A stretch of DNA of 64,000 nt from an uncultured Thermoleophilia bacterium (GCA_942490795.1 CALNYH010000014.1:79957-143956); one strand, 5' to 3'. Shown: positions 20,389 to 30,648, counted from the stretch's first letter. The notes: generated by a model from the letters alone, not told the origin. Made by a program: numbers and translations.

Positions 20389-22095
20389 CTACGCGGCGCG
20401 CGAGACGTGCGCCCCGCGCCGCGACAACAACTCCTGCGCATGACGACGCGCGCCGGCATCCTCGGGCGATGCGCCGAGCATGCGGCACAACTCGGCGAGC
20501 AGCTCGTCGCCGGCGACCGGCGCCACGCACGTGCGCGCCCTGCCCTTGTCGTCGACGTCCTTGACCAGCCGATAGTGACGGTCCGCGAGCGCCGCCACCT
20601 GGGGCAGGTGCGTGATGACCAGCACCTGGCGCCCCTCGGCGAGGCGGGCGAGTCGCCTGGCGACGGCGACCGCCGTCTCGCCACCGACGCCCGAGTCCAC
20701 CTCGTCGAACACCCAGGCGCCGTCGTCGGCGACGGCGGCGAGCGAGTGCAGCGCCAGGAGCGTGCGCGAGAGCTCACCCCCGCTCGCGGCGTCCGACAGG
20801 GGCGCGGCGGGCAATCCGGGGTTGACCTGGAGCGAGATCGTGCACGTCTCGACCGGCGGGTCGGCGTCGTCACGGGCGAGCGTGACCTCGACCCGGGCAT
20901 CGGGCATCGCGAGTCCCGCGAGCTCGCCGGCCATCGCCTCGGCGAGGCGCGGCGCGGCCGCGGTCCTGAGCTCCGTCAGGCGCTCGGCGGTCTCGCGGGC
21001 GCGCACCAGCGCCGTGGCCTGCTCGGCGGCCAGCCGGTCCACCTCCCCCGCGTCCGCGTCGAGCTCGGCCAGGCGCTCCGCGGCCTCCGTCGCGCGTGCG
21101 ACGAGCGACTCCACGTCCGATCCGTGTCGCCGCGCGAGGCGGGCGTACTCGTCGAGGCGTCCCTCGACGGCGTCGAGGCGGCCGGGCTCGGACTCGAGCC
21201 CGGCGGCGTACCCGCGCAGGGCGATCGCCGCCTCCTGGAGCGACGCCTCGGCGGTGGCGAGCTCGCCACGCGGCCCATCGAGCCGGGGGTCGAGCGCCAA
21301 CACGTCGTCGAGGATCCGCGTCGCCTCGCCCACGGCCGCGAGCGCGCCGCCCTCTCCGGACTCCGGCGAGACGGACTCGGCCACCGTGCCGGCCGCGGCG
21401 AGCAGGCGGCCCGCGTGCCGAAGTCGATCCCGCTCCGCGCGAAGCGCGGCCTCTCCTCGTCGGCGTCGGGCGCCAGCGAGCGCACCTCCTCGAGCAGGGC
21501 CTCGAGGTCCGCGCGCCCGCGCGCGGGCCTCGCCCGCGGCGCGCGCCGCGGTGATCCGCCGCCCGAGCCCCGACACCGCGCGCCGGGCGCGGGCCAGGTC
21601 CGCGGCGAGCCCCACCGCCTCGCCGCCCGCGAAGGCATCGAGCGCGGCGAGTTGGGCGGCCGGGGCCACGAGACGCCGGGACTCGGCCTGACCGACCAGG
21701 CGCAGACGGGCGCGGACGAGCGCGGCCACGGCGTCCCGCGGCGCCGCCTGTCCGTCGACCAGGGAACGGGCACGGCCCTCCGCCGGGATTCGACGGGCGA
21801 GCACGACCTCGCGCGGATCGTCGACCAGGTCGGCGAGCGGCGCGGCGGGATCATCGTCGGGGAGCGCATCCCAGAAGCCGTCGGGAAGGCCGAGCGTGGC
21901 CTGGACCAGTGCTGCGCGGGCTCCGGGGCGCACCTCGGCGGCGGCGGCGGGTGCGCCGAGCAGCAGCCCGAACGCCTTCGCCAGCACGCTCTTTCCGGCG
22001 CCCGACTCGCCGGTGACGGCGGTCAACCCCGGCCCCGGGTCGATCTCCGCGCGGGAGATCACCACCAGGTCACGGATCTCGATGTCGCGGATCAC
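20389..22095 (-). CDS. recN: DNA repair protein RecN
   Basis: IRDLVVISRAEIDPGPGLTAVTGESGAGKS at the N-terminus and SGGELSRTLLAL...VFDEVDSGVGG at the C-terminus. GTGA overlap with nadK. About 20 codons (around 21453-21512) read better in another frame. Confidence 0.9.
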   Translation of the reverse strand: MIRDIEIRDLVVISRAEIDPGPGLTAVTGESGAGKSVLAKAFGLLLGAPAAAAEVRPGARAALVQATLGLPDGFWDALPDDDPAAPLADLVDDPREVVLARRIPAEGRARSLVDGQAAPRDAVAALVRARLRLVGQAESRRLVAPAAQLAALDAFAGGEAVGLAADLARARRAVSGLGRRITAARAAGEARARARGPRGPARGGALAGARRRRGEAALRAERDRLRHAGRLLAAAGTVAESVSPESGEGGALAAVGEATRILDDVLALDPRLDGPRGELATAEASLQEAAIALRGYAAGLESEPGRLDAVEGRLDEYARLARRHGSDVESLVARATEAAERLAELDADAGEVDRLAAEQATALVRARETAERLTELRTAAAPRLAEAMAGELAGLAMPDARVEVTLARDDADPPVETCTISLQVNPGLPAAPLSDAASGGELSRTLLALHSLAAVADDGAWVFDEVDSGVGGETAVAVARRLARLAEGRQVLVITHLPQVAALADRHYRLVKDVDDKGRARTCVAPVAGDELLAELCRMLGASPEDAGARRHAQELLSRRGAHVSRAA

Positions 22096-23009
22096 GGCGC
22101 CTGGCGGCCGAACTTTTCCCGGTAGCGGCGGAAGAACGACGACTCCGGAAACGTCGCCAGGTGGACCTCTGGGCCGTTGAGGCCGATCGTGATCGCCCGC
22201 GCGGGCGCGAGCGATCCGACGCGGCGGCCGTCGACGAGCACGTCGCAGTCGCCGACCAGCGCGTCGTTGGTCACCGTCAGCACCTCGCTCGCCCCGATCA
22301 CCAGGGGGCGCGCCTCGAGGTGGTGGGCCGCGAGGAACGAGAGCACGAAGCATCGCACCCGCCACGAGACCGCCGGCCCACCGAGCGCCAGGTTGTACGC
22401 GGTCGAGCCGACGGGGGTCGAGCAGACCATCCCGTCCGCACGGACGGCCGCGACCGTGTCCCCGTCGACCGCGAAGCTCAGCTCGGCGATGCGGCTCTCG
22501 CCCCCGCGCAGCAGGGCCAGGTCGTTGACGGCCGGGAACTCGCCGCCGCTCCAGCTCGCGCCGAGCGAAGGGAGGCTGATCACCACGTAGTCGCCCGCGA
22601 GCACCCGTCGCAGACCACGTTCCAGATCGGCCCGCTCGACCGACGCCAGGAAACCGACCCGACCGAAGTTGACGCCGACGATCGGGGCGCCGCTTCGCGC
22701 GTGCTCCGCGAGGGCCCGCAGGATGCTGCCGTCGCCACCGAGCACCATCACGACGTCCTCGCCACCCGGCGAGAGCTCGACCCCCTCGGCGCTCGGGCGA
22801 TCGACCAGCACGGCGTGCTTCTCGGCCTCGCCCGCGGGCACGAGCACCTCGATGCCCGCCGCGTCCAGGATCGAGAGGACGGTGGGAAGCGCCCCCCGCA
22901 GCGCGTCCGGCGCGCGATGGGTCAATAGGAGCGCCCGCCGCGTCGGGGCGGCTCCGACGATGTCGATGTCGCCGCGGGGCCTTTCCGGGCGCAGGGAGCT
23001 CGGCATCAT
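22092..23009 (-). CDS. nadK: NAD+ kinase
   Basis: VLGGDGSILRA, GVNFGRVGFL and STPVGSTAYNLALGGP motifs. ATGA overlap with tlyA. Confidence 0.9.
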   Translation of the reverse strand: MMPSSLRPERPRGDIDIVGAAPTRRALLLTHRAPDALRGALPTVLSILDAAGIEVLVPAGEAEKHAVLVDRPSAEGVELSPGGEDVVMVLGGDGSILRALAEHARSGAPIVGVNFGRVGFLASVERADLERGLRRVLAGDYVVISLPSLGASWSGGEFPAVNDLALLRGGESRIAELSFAVDGDTVAAVRADGMVCSTPVGSTAYNLALGGPAVSWRVRCFVLSFLAAHHLEARPLVIGASEVLTVTNDALVGDCDVLVDGRRVGSLAPARAITIGLNGPEVHLATFPESSFFRRYREKFGRQAP

Positions 23010-23797
23010 GCGGCGTCCGCGGCGCGCACGACCGCGGCCTCGTCGACGGCTCCGACGGGACCCGCGGCGGCCGTCGCCTGCAGGAACAGCTCGCGGTTGC
23101 CCTTCGGTCCCGGCAGCCCGGAGTCCGCGGCGCCCACGACGTCCGCACCGTGCGACGCGAGCGCGCCCGCCACGCGCAGGGCCGCCTCGGCCCTGAGGGC
23201 GGGGTCGCGGACGACGCCGCCGGGGCCCACGCGTTCCCGGCCGACCTCGAACTGGGGCTTGACGAGGAGGAGCCCCGACCAGCCGGGCGCCAGGCATGCG
23301 TGCACCGCGGGCCAGACGAGCTCGATCGAGATGAACGAGACGTCGAGCACGACGAGGTCCGGGGGCCACGGCAGGTCGTCCGGCGTGAGGGCGCGGGCGT
23401 TCAGCCGCTCGCGGACGTGCACACGGGGATCCTGGCGCAACCGCCAGTCGAGCTGCCCGTACCCGACGTCGATCGCCACCACCTCGGCGGCGCCCCGGAC
23501 GAGCAGGCAATCGGTGAAGCCGCCGGTCGAGGCCCCGACGTCGACGGCCCGTCGTCCCGCGGGTTCGACCCCGAGCGCGTCGAGCGCGTTGGCGAGCTTG
23601 GTGCCACCGCGCGAGACGTAGTCCCGCCCGGCCGCGACCTCGATGGCGTCCCCGTCGCGGACCGGGCGCCCCGGGGCGTCCGCGCGGCGGCCGGCCACCG
23701 ACACCTTCCCGGCCATCACCGCGGCCTGCGCGCGCGCTCGAGAGGGGAAGAGGCCCCGATCCACGAGGGCGACGTCGAGTCGGGTGCGAACGGCCAT
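23006..23797 (-). CDS. tlyA: TlyA family rRNA (cytidine-2'-O)-methyltransferase
   Basis: S4-like N-terminus RLDVALVDRGLFPSRARAQ, YVSRGGTKL, and SAM motif VDVGASTGGFTD. The tlyA-nadK-recN order matches Mycobacterium. Confidence 0.9.
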   Translation of the reverse strand: MAVRTRLDVALVDRGLFPSRARAQAAVMAGKVSVAGRRADAPGRPVRDGDAIEVAAGRDYVSRGGTKLANALDALGVEPAGRRAVDVGASTGGFTDCLLVRGAAEVVAIDVGYGQLDWRLRQDPRVHVRERLNARALTPDDLPWPPDLVVLDVSFISIELVWPAVHACLAPGWSGLLLVKPQFEVGRERVGPGGVVRDPALRAEAALRVAGALASHGADVVGAADSGLPGPKGNRELFLQATAAAGPVGAVDEAAVVRAADAA

Positions 23798-23880
23798 ACG
23801 CGGACGATGATAGCCGCGCGCGCGGCCCGCGCGGCCCGTCGTCTCGCGGGTCGGCGCGCTCGGCGCCCTCTCGGCACGCG

Positions 23881-26088
23881 TCAGGCTCGTTCCGTCGCGG
23901 CCTCCGGCGCGCCGACCACCTCGGGGTCGCGCAGGTCGATGTCGTCCACCGGCACGCGGGGCTCCGGGCCCGGCAGGCTGGGCTCGACGCGAAGGATGCG
24001 GGCGGCCCACACCGGCAGCCACCAGTTCCAGCGGCCGAGCAGCGACACGAAAGCCGGCAGCAGCATGCCCCGGATGATCGTCGCGTCGAGGATGATCCCG
24101 ACCGCGAGGGCGGTCGCGAACACCTTGACGTCGGTCTCGGGTCCGGACGCCAGGGCGACGAAGGCCCCGAAGAGGATCAGGGAGCCCGCCGTCACGAGCC
24201 GGCCGGTGCGGGCGATGCCGAGGACGACGGCGCGGTCGGTGATCCCGACCCGGTCGTACTCCTCCCGCATCCGGCTGAGGATGAAGACCTCGTAGTCCAT
24301 GGACAGGCCGTACAGGAACGCGAACACCATCAGCGGGATCCACACCGTCAGGGTGCCCGTGGGCTCGATCCCGAACACCAGCCCCGACCCGTTGCCCTGC
24401 TGCCAGAAGAAGACCAGGAAGCCCCAGACGGCGAGGATCGAGACGATGTTGAACACGACCGCCTTCAGCGGCAGAAGAAGCGATCGCAGCACCCGCGCCA
24501 GCAGCACGTAGGTGACGACGAGGATCGCGAGGAGCACCCAGATGAAGTTGCCGTAGACGGCCGAGTTGAAGTCGGCGTTCGCAGGCACGGCGCCCCCGAC
24601 GAGGACCTCGCCCGGCAGCGACGACGCCGTCGATCGGACCGCGTCGACGGCGTCGGTCGCGTTCTCATCGAACGGGAACACGTTCACGATCGCGGTGTCG
24701 GCGTCCTCCCACGACGGGCCGCCCGGCGCGACCGCCCCACGAACGCCGTCCGCCGCGCCGAGCGCCGCCGCCGTTTCCGCGGGATCGCCGGCGACGACGA
24801 TGGTGTCGAAGGGAAGCAGGGCCGCCGAGCCGATGCCGGACTCGTTGAGCTGGTCGAGGGCCGTGCGCGCCGCCCCCTCGCTGGCCAGGGCCTCCGCATC
24901 GGGCGTCCCGGTCGAGAAGTTGATCACGGGCCCCATGAAGACCACGAGCAGGAGCAGCGCCAGACCCCCGACGATGACGCGGTGGCGCACGACGAAGCGG
25001 CCCCACGGGATCCACCCCTCCCCCGTGTCTCGGGTGCGCCGCGCCACGCCGATCCGGTCCAGTCGCGGCCCGAGCGCGTCCAGGATGACGGGGAGCAGCG
25101 TGACGCCGATCAGCACGCTCACGATGGGGATCAGCATCCCGCCGTAGCCGATGCTCCGAAGGAACGGCACCGGCAGCACGACGAGCGCCAGGAGCCCGAT
25201 CGCCACGGCCACGCCGCTGAAGATCACGGCGCGCCCGGCATGGTCCATGGACTCGACCACGGCCTCGCGGTTGTCGCGCCCGGCGGCCCGCTCCTCGCGC
25301 CAGCGCATCACGATCAGCAGGGAGTAGTCGATCGCGATGCCGAGGCCGATCAGCGCGACGAGGAACTGGACCACGACCGAGACCTCGGTCGCGCCCGCGA
25401 TCGGCCACAGCGCGAGGAAGGTCGTGGGGATCGCGATCGCGGCGATCAGGATCGGGACGAGCGCCATGGCGGACCCGAACACGAACGTCAGCACGATCAG
25501 CGCGAAGACGCCGCCGATGAGTGTCTCGATCAGGACGCTGGGGCCTTCGGATCCCTCCTCGGAGGACGAGAGCGCGTCGATGCCCGAGACGAGCACCGGC
25601 GCGCCGGCGACCGTGACGTCCGCCGCGGCCTCGCGGGCGGCCTCGAGCGACGCGCCGGCGGGGTCGAAGGCCACCTCGGCCGGGACATACCAGATCACGC
25701 CGAAGGTGGTCCGTCCGTCGTCGGACACGAACACGCGGTCGCCCGTGGTCCCGAAGTTCGCGGCCCGGGCGCCCGGGACCGCCGCGCCGATCTCCCCGAA
25801 CGCCTCCTCGATCTGGCGCCGCACGCCCGGAGCGTCGACGGTGGTCCCCTCCGGAAGCTGCACCACCGGCACGATCGGCCCGTTCGCCCGCGGTCCTCCC
25901 GTCCCGTAGCGCTGCGCGATCAGGACGTTCGCGTCGGTGCTCTCACGACCGGGGAGGCTGAACTCGCTCGAGAGCGCGTCCGAGGCCGGCTGCACGGCGG
26001 CGAACGCCGCGACGGCCACGACCGCCCAGACGCCCGCGACCAGCCAGCGATGATGGAGGATCCAGCGCGTGAACGCCCTCATTGGCAC
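23881..26088 (-). CDS. MMPL family RND-type membrane transporter
   Basis: 735 aa with two blocks of about 6 TM segments separated by soluble loops. Contains GIAIDYSLLIVMRWREE and GLSMDYEVFILSRMREE. Confidence 0.9.
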   Translation of the reverse strand: MPMRAFTRWILHHRWLVAGVWAVVAVAAFAAVQPASDALSSEFSLPGRESTDANVLIAQRYGTGGPRANGPIVPVVQLPEGTTVDAPGVRRQIEEAFGEIGAAVPGARAANFGTTGDRVFVSDDGRTTFGVIWYVPAEVAFDPAGASLEAAREAAADVTVAGAPVLVSGIDALSSSEEGSEGPSVLIETLIGGVFALIVLTFVFGSAMALVPILIAAIAIPTTFLALWPIAGATEVSVVVQFLVALIGLGIAIDYSLLIVMRWREERAAGRDNREAVVESMDHAGRAVIFSGVAVAIGLLALVVLPVPFLRSIGYGGMLIPIVSVLIGVTLLPVILDALGPRLDRIGVARRTRDTGEGWIPWGRFVVRHRVIVGGLALLLLVVFMGPVINFSTGTPDAEALASEGAARTALDQLNESGIGSAALLPFDTIVVAGDPAETAAALGAADGVRGAVAPGGPSWEDADTAIVNVFPFDENATDAVDAVRSTASSLPGEVLVGGAVPANADFNSAVYGNFIWVLLAILVVTYVLLARVLRSLLLPLKAVVFNIVSILAVWGFLVFFWQQGNGSGLVFGIEPTGTLTVWIPLMVFAFLYGLSMDYEVFILSRMREEYDRVGITDRAVVLGIARTGRLVTAGSLILFGAFVALASGPETDVKVFATALAVGIILDATIIRGMLLPAFVSLLGRWNWWLPVWAARILRVEPSLPGPEPRVPVDDIDLRDPEVVGAPEAATERA

Positions 26089-26202
26089 CGCCCCCGCCGC
26101 CGTGCGGCATCGAAGATCGGGCGCGGCACGCGGGGCGCGCGCCGCGGACAGCGGCGGACGATACTCCCCGGAACCCGCCCCACGGGAGCGAACCGAGGGG
26201 TG

Positions 26203-28113
26203 CTACGCGCTGATCACACCCGTGACGGGCTTTCGCGCATGCGCCCGAAGGGCCCTCGCCGCGATCTCGGACGGGGTGAGGCCGACCTCGTCCAGCAGGA
26301 GCTCCCGCTTGCCGTGGTCGACGAACCGATCCGGCAGGCCGACCCGGAGGATGCGGCTGGGGATGTCGTCGACGGCCTCGGCCACCGCACCTCCGAACCC
26401 GGCGATGCGTGCGTGGTCCTCGATCGTCACCACCAAGTCGTGGCGGGCGGCCAGTTGGCGCATGAGGTTGCCGTCGAGCGGCTTCGCGAACCGCGCGTTG
26501 ACCACCGTCGGCCGGACCCCGAGGCCCTCCGCGACCAGATCCGCGGCCTCGCGCGCGAGCACCGCACCGTGGCCGTACCCCACCAGCGCGATGCCCTGGC
26601 CGGTCTCGAGCACCTCCGCCTTGCCGATCTCGAGCACGCTCGGACGCGCCGGCGGCGCCGCCCCGATCCCGGCCCCACGCGGATACCGGATCGCGACCGG
26701 ACCGTCGATCCGGAGCGCCGTGTGCAGCATGTCCACGAGCTCCGCCTCGTGCATCGGCGCCATGATCGTGATGCCGGGAATCGCCCGAAGGTAGGCCAGG
26801 TCGAAGGCGCCGTGGTGGGTCGGGCCGTCGTCACCGACCAGCCCGCCGCGGTCGATCGCGAAGATCACCGGCAGCTCCTGCACGCAGGCGTCGTGCACGA
26901 TCGGGTCGAACGCCCGCTGCAGGAAGGTCGAGTAGATCGCGCAGACGGGCCGGTAGCCGGCGATGGCGAGCCCGCAGGCGAACACGACGGCGTGCTGTTC
27001 GGCGATGCCGACGTCGTAGGTGCGCGACGGGAACCGGTCCATCATGTGCTGCATGCCCGTGCCCTTGAGCATCGCCGCCGTGATGCCCACCACCCGCGGG
27101 TCCCGCTCGGCCTCGGCGACGAGCGCCTTGCCGAACACCTCCGTGTAGCTGGCCGGTCCGGACGAGGTCTTCTTGGCCTTGCCGGAGTCCACCTCGAACG
27201 GCGTCGCCCCGTGCATCGCCTCGCGGTGGGCCTCGGCCGGGTCGTAGCCCTTGCCCTTGACCGTCTTCACATGGACGATCACCGGGCGATCCATGACCTT
27301 CACCGAGCGGACGGCCGAGCGGACCGCGTGCAGGTCGTGGCCGTCGATGGGGCCCACGTACGCGAATCCCAGCGCCTCGAACAGCGCGCCGGGCTCGAAC
27401 CACTGGGACTTGATCGCGTCGCGAAGCGAGGAGCCGAGGCCCGACGCGCCGGGAACCCGGGCCAGCCCGTGCTCGATGTCCTCCCGGATCCGCGTGAGCT
27501 TGGGGTCGACGCGGACGCGCTGGAAGAGCTTCGAGAGGGCCCCGACGTTCTCGGAGATGGAGAAGCCGTTGTCGTTGAGGATGACCTTGATCGGGCTTCC
27601 GAGCGCACCGGCCTGGTTGAGGCCCTCGTAGGCCATGCCACCTGTCAGCGCGCCGTCGCCGATGACGCAGAACACGGCGTCGCCTTCGGTTCCGGCCTGG
27701 CGCTGCGCCTCGGCGAGCCCGACGGCGTAGGAGATGCTGGTGGAGGCGTGCCCGGCGCCCATGATGTCGTGCTCGCTCTCGACGCGGCGCAGGAAGCCGC
27801 TGGTCCCACCGTAGGTGCGGAGCGTGTCGAAGCCCTCGAGGCGCCCGGTGAGCAGCTTGTGGCCGTAGGCCTGGTGACCGACGTCCCACAGGATGCGGTC
27901 CCGCGGTGAATCGAGCTCGGAGTGCAGCGCCACCGACAACTCGACGGTGCCGAGGCTGGGACCGAGATGGCCGCCGGTCTGCGAGACGGTGTCGATGATC
28001 GCGGCGCGCACCTCGGCGCAGAGCGTCTCGAGCTCGTCGTCGCTCATGTCCCGCATGCCGCCGGGGCCGTCGAGGCTCGCGAGCAGCGGGTAGCGGCGGT
28101 TCAGTTCGTCCAC
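26203..28113 (-). CDS. dxs: 1-deoxy-D-xylulose-5-phosphate synthase
   Basis: GGHLGPSLGTVELSVALH, the GDGALTGGMAYEGLN ThDP motif, and 636-aa length. Confidence 0.95.
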   Translation of the reverse strand: MDELNRRYPLLASLDGPGGMRDMSDDELETLCAEVRAAIIDTVSQTGGHLGPSLGTVELSVALHSELDSPRDRILWDVGHQAYGHKLLTGRLEGFDTLRTYGGTSGFLRRVESEHDIMGAGHASTSISYAVGLAEAQRQAGTEGDAVFCVIGDGALTGGMAYEGLNQAGALGSPIKVILNDNGFSISENVGALSKLFQRVRVDPKLTRIREDIEHGLARVPGASGLGSSLRDAIKSQWFEPGALFEALGFAYVGPIDGHDLHAVRSAVRSVKVMDRPVIVHVKTVKGKGYDPAEAHREAMHGATPFEVDSGKAKKTSSGPASYTEVFGKALVAEAERDPRVVGITAAMLKGTGMQHMMDRFPSRTYDVGIAEQHAVVFACGLAIAGYRPVCAIYSTFLQRAFDPIVHDACVQELPVIFAIDRGGLVGDDGPTHHGAFDLAYLRAIPGITIMAPMHEAELVDMLHTALRIDGPVAIRYPRGAGIGAAPPARPSVLEIGKAEVLETGQGIALVGYGHGAVLAREAADLVAEGLGVRPTVVNARFAKPLDGNLMRQLAARHDLVVTIEDHARIAGFGGAVAEAVDDIPSRILRVGLPDRFVDHGKRELLLDEVGLTPSEIAARALRAHARKPVTGVISA

Positions 28114-28254
28114 GGGTCGAATGTTACCCCCGCGAGACCCCGTTCACGTCGGGCGACGGTCGGGACGATCGACCCCGGCGCGCCCGCACGGCCGGCCGTG
28201 CGCCACCTCGTCGACACGGCGGAGTTCAGGGGCGCGCCGACGCCGGCACCCGCG

Positions 28255-28683
28255 TCAGGCCAGGAACACCACACGGACGGGCTCCTCCGAGGCCGGATCC
28301 TCCGGCGCGGGGTCATGGAACCCGACCAGGCACGGCAGGTCCGCCCGCATCTGCATGACGTCGCCGTCCTCCAGGCGCCCGCCCGCCAGGACGTAGGTCC
28401 CGAGCTCCTTGAGCAGCCGCACACCGCCCTCGATGAGCATCGTCGGGAGGTTGTGGACCGCAAGCTCCTTGTGGCCGAACGGTGCCAGGCCGATGGTCAC
28501 GAGTCGGGCGCCCCGGACGTGCGCCCGCCCCCCGAGCCATGCCATCTCGGCCAGCTCGGTCATCGACCGGGGATCCTCACCTGTGCCGATGGCCTCGAGC
28601 TCGTCGCGGCCGGCCGCCCCCGAGGCGTTCGGGGGCTCGACGGCGACCTGCACCCTCGGGTCGAGCGGGACGTCGCTGCTCAT
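28255..28683 (-). CDS. hypothetical protein (142 aa)
   Basis: ATGA overlap with the upstream 63-aa gene. Realistic composition. No family recognised. Confidence 0.6.
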   Translation of the reverse strand: MSSDVPLDPRVQVAVEPPNASGAAGRDELEAIGTGEDPRSMTELAEMAWLGGRAHVRGARLVTIGLAPFGHKELAVHNLPTMLIEGGVRLLKELGTYVLAGGRLEDGDVMQMRADLPCLVGFHDPAPEDPASEEPVRVVFLA

Positions 28684-28871
28684 CGCGGCTCCCGGCCGTC
28701 CGCGCTTCGGAGCGACTCGGCGATCAGCGCGCTGACCTCCGCCGCGAGGCGGGTCGCCTCCTCCGCGAGGTCGCCGAGGCGCGCGTCGGCCGCGCCCCCC
28801 TCCCCGAGTGCCCGCTCCACCTCCTCCAGCCGCGCCACCGCGGCGCGCAGGGCCTCGTGCGCATCCGTCAT
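28680..28871 (-). CDS. xseB: exodeoxyribonuclease VII small subunit-like protein
   Basis: 63-aa helical protein (HEALRAAVARLEEVERALGEGG...) loosely fits the XseB pattern. It sits between nusB and dxs, as xseB does in Bacillus. Sequence support is weak. Confidence 0.45.
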   Translation of the reverse strand: MTDAHEALRAAVARLEEVERALGEGGAADARLGDLAEEATRLAAEVSALIAESLRSADGREPR

Positions 28872-29296
28872 CCCTCGGCCTCCGCGTCGCGCTCGATCCG
28901 CCCGAGGATCCCGTTCACGAGCCCGGGGGCGTCCGTCTGACAGAACCGTTTGGCCAGGTCCACCGCCTCGTTGATCGAGACCGCGGCCGGGATCTCCGGC
29001 CAGTCGAGCATCTCGTGGATCGCGACGCGCATGATGTTGCGCTCGAGCGGCGCGATGCGCTCCGGGGACCAGCCCGTGCTCGCGGCGGCCATCGTGCGAT
29101 CGATGTGCCCGGTGTCGACGGACACACCCTCGGCGAGCGCCATCGCGAACGGATCGACCGGAGCACCGGCGCGCGCGCTGTTGGCCACCAGCGTCTCGAG
29201 TTCCATTCCGGTCACATCACGCTGGTAGAGGAGGAACACCGCCTGGCGGCGGGCCGCGCGGCGTCCGCGCTCGCCGGGCAGCGCGCGGGCCGTCAC
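28868..29296 (-). CDS. nusB: transcription antitermination factor NusB
   Basis: RRAARRQAVFLLYQ...ERNIMRVAIHEML...INEAVDLAKRF...GLVNGILG. GTG start in a GTGA overlap with the accC stop. Confidence 0.85.
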   Translation of the reverse strand: MTARALPGERGRRAARRQAVFLLYQRDVTGMELETLVANSARAGAPVDPFAMALAEGVSVDTGHIDRTMAAASTGWSPERIAPLERNIMRVAIHEMLDWPEIPAAVSINEAVDLAKRFCQTDAPGLVNGILGRIERDAEAEG

Positions 29297-30648
29297 ACCG
29301 CCCCGAGCGCCGGCAGTCGTTCGGCCCGCTCCACGAGATACGCCGTCGTGTACCGCCCGTCCACGAACGGGCCGTCCTCGACGATCTCTCGGAACAGCCC
29401 GAGCGTCGTGGGCACGCCCTCCACCCGCGCCTCGCCGAGCGCCCGACCGAGCCGCTTCACCGCCCGCGCGCGGTCCGGTGCCCAGACGCACAGCTTTGCG
29501 ATCATCGAGTCGTAGTACGGGGGGATCACGGACCCGGGCTGACAGTAGGTGTCGATGCGCACGCCCGGCCCGCCCGGCATCTCGAAGACCTCGAGGGCGC
29601 CGGCCCCGGGGCGGAAGCCGAGCGAGGGGTCCTCGGCGTTGACCCGGCACTCGATCGCGTGCCCGACGGCCTCGGCGACGCCGGTCCGGGTGAGGAGTCC
29701 GCCGTCTGCGACCCGGAGCTGTTCGGCCACGAGGTCGAGACCGGTCACGAGCTCGGTGACGGGGTGCTCCACCTGGAGCCGGGCGTTGAGCTCAAGGAAG
29801 TAGAAGTCGCCGGCCGCGTCGACCAGGAACTCGACCGTGCCCGCGCTGCGGTAGCCCCACGCCTTGGCCGCCCGCGCGCAGGTCTCGTGCATCGCGGCGC
29901 GGGTCGCGGCGGGGAGGTTCGGTGCCGGGGCCTCTTCGACGAGTTTCTGGTGCCGGCGCTGGATCGAGCACTCCCGGTCGCCGCAGATCAGGACGCCGCC
30001 CATGCCGTCGGCCAGGATCTGCACCTCGATGTGGCGCCCGCCCTCCAGCAGCCGCTCGACGTACACACCGGGGTCGCCGAAGGCGGCGGCCGCCTCGCTC
30101 CTGGCCACGGAGAAGGCGCCGTCGAGCTCGTCGGGCCCGTCGACCCGGCGCATCCCACGCCCGCCGCCGCCCGCCGCGGCCTTCAGGAGGATCGGGAAAC
30201 CCGCCCGCTCGGCGGCGGCCCGCGCCTCGGCCAGGTCGTGGACGGGCCCGTCCGAGCCGTCGAGCACCGGCAGCCCGGCCTCGCGGGCCGCGATCTTGGC
30301 CTCGACCTTGTCGCCCATGCGCGCCATCACCTGCGGCGGCGGGCCGACGAACACGATGCCGGCCGCGCCGCACGCCTCGGCGAACTCGGGGTTCTCCGAG
30401 AGGAACCCGTACCCGGGGTGGACCGCGTCGCACCCGGTGATCTCGGCGGCCGCGAGCACCTGATCGATGACCAGGTACGACTCGTTGGCCGCGGCCGGGC
30501 CGATGCAGACGGCGCGGTCCGCCAGCCGGGTCGCCAGCGTGCCGCTGTCGGCGGTGGAGTGCACCGCGACGGTCTCGATCCCCATCTCGCGGGCCGTCCG
30601 GATCACCCGCACGGCGATCTCGCCCCTGTTTGCGACCAGGAGCCTCAT
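29293..30648 (-). CDS. accC: biotin carboxylase (acetyl-CoA or pyruvate carboxylase BC subunit)
   Basis: MRLLVANRGEIAVRVIRTAREMGI, ATP-grasp motifs, 451 aa. Confidence 0.95.
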   Translation of the reverse strand: MRLLVANRGEIAVRVIRTAREMGIETVAVHSTADSGTLATRLADRAVCIGPAAANESYLVIDQVLAAAEITGCDAVHPGYGFLSENPEFAEACGAAGIVFVGPPPQVMARMGDKVEAKIAAREAGLPVLDGSDGPVHDLAEARAAAERAGFPILLKAAAGGGGRGMRRVDGPDELDGAFSVARSEAAAAFGDPGVYVERLLEGGRHIEVQILADGMGGVLICGDRECSIQRRHQKLVEEAPAPNLPAATRAAMHETCARAAKAWGYRSAGTVEFLVDAAGDFYFLELNARLQVEHPVTELVTGLDLVAEQLRVADGGLLTRTGVAEAVGHAIECRVNAEDPSLGFRPGAGALEVFEMPGGPGVRIDTYCQPGSVIPPYYDSMIAKLCVWAPDRARAVKRLGRALGEARVEGVPTTLGLFREIVEDGPFVDGRYTTAYLVERAERLPALGAV

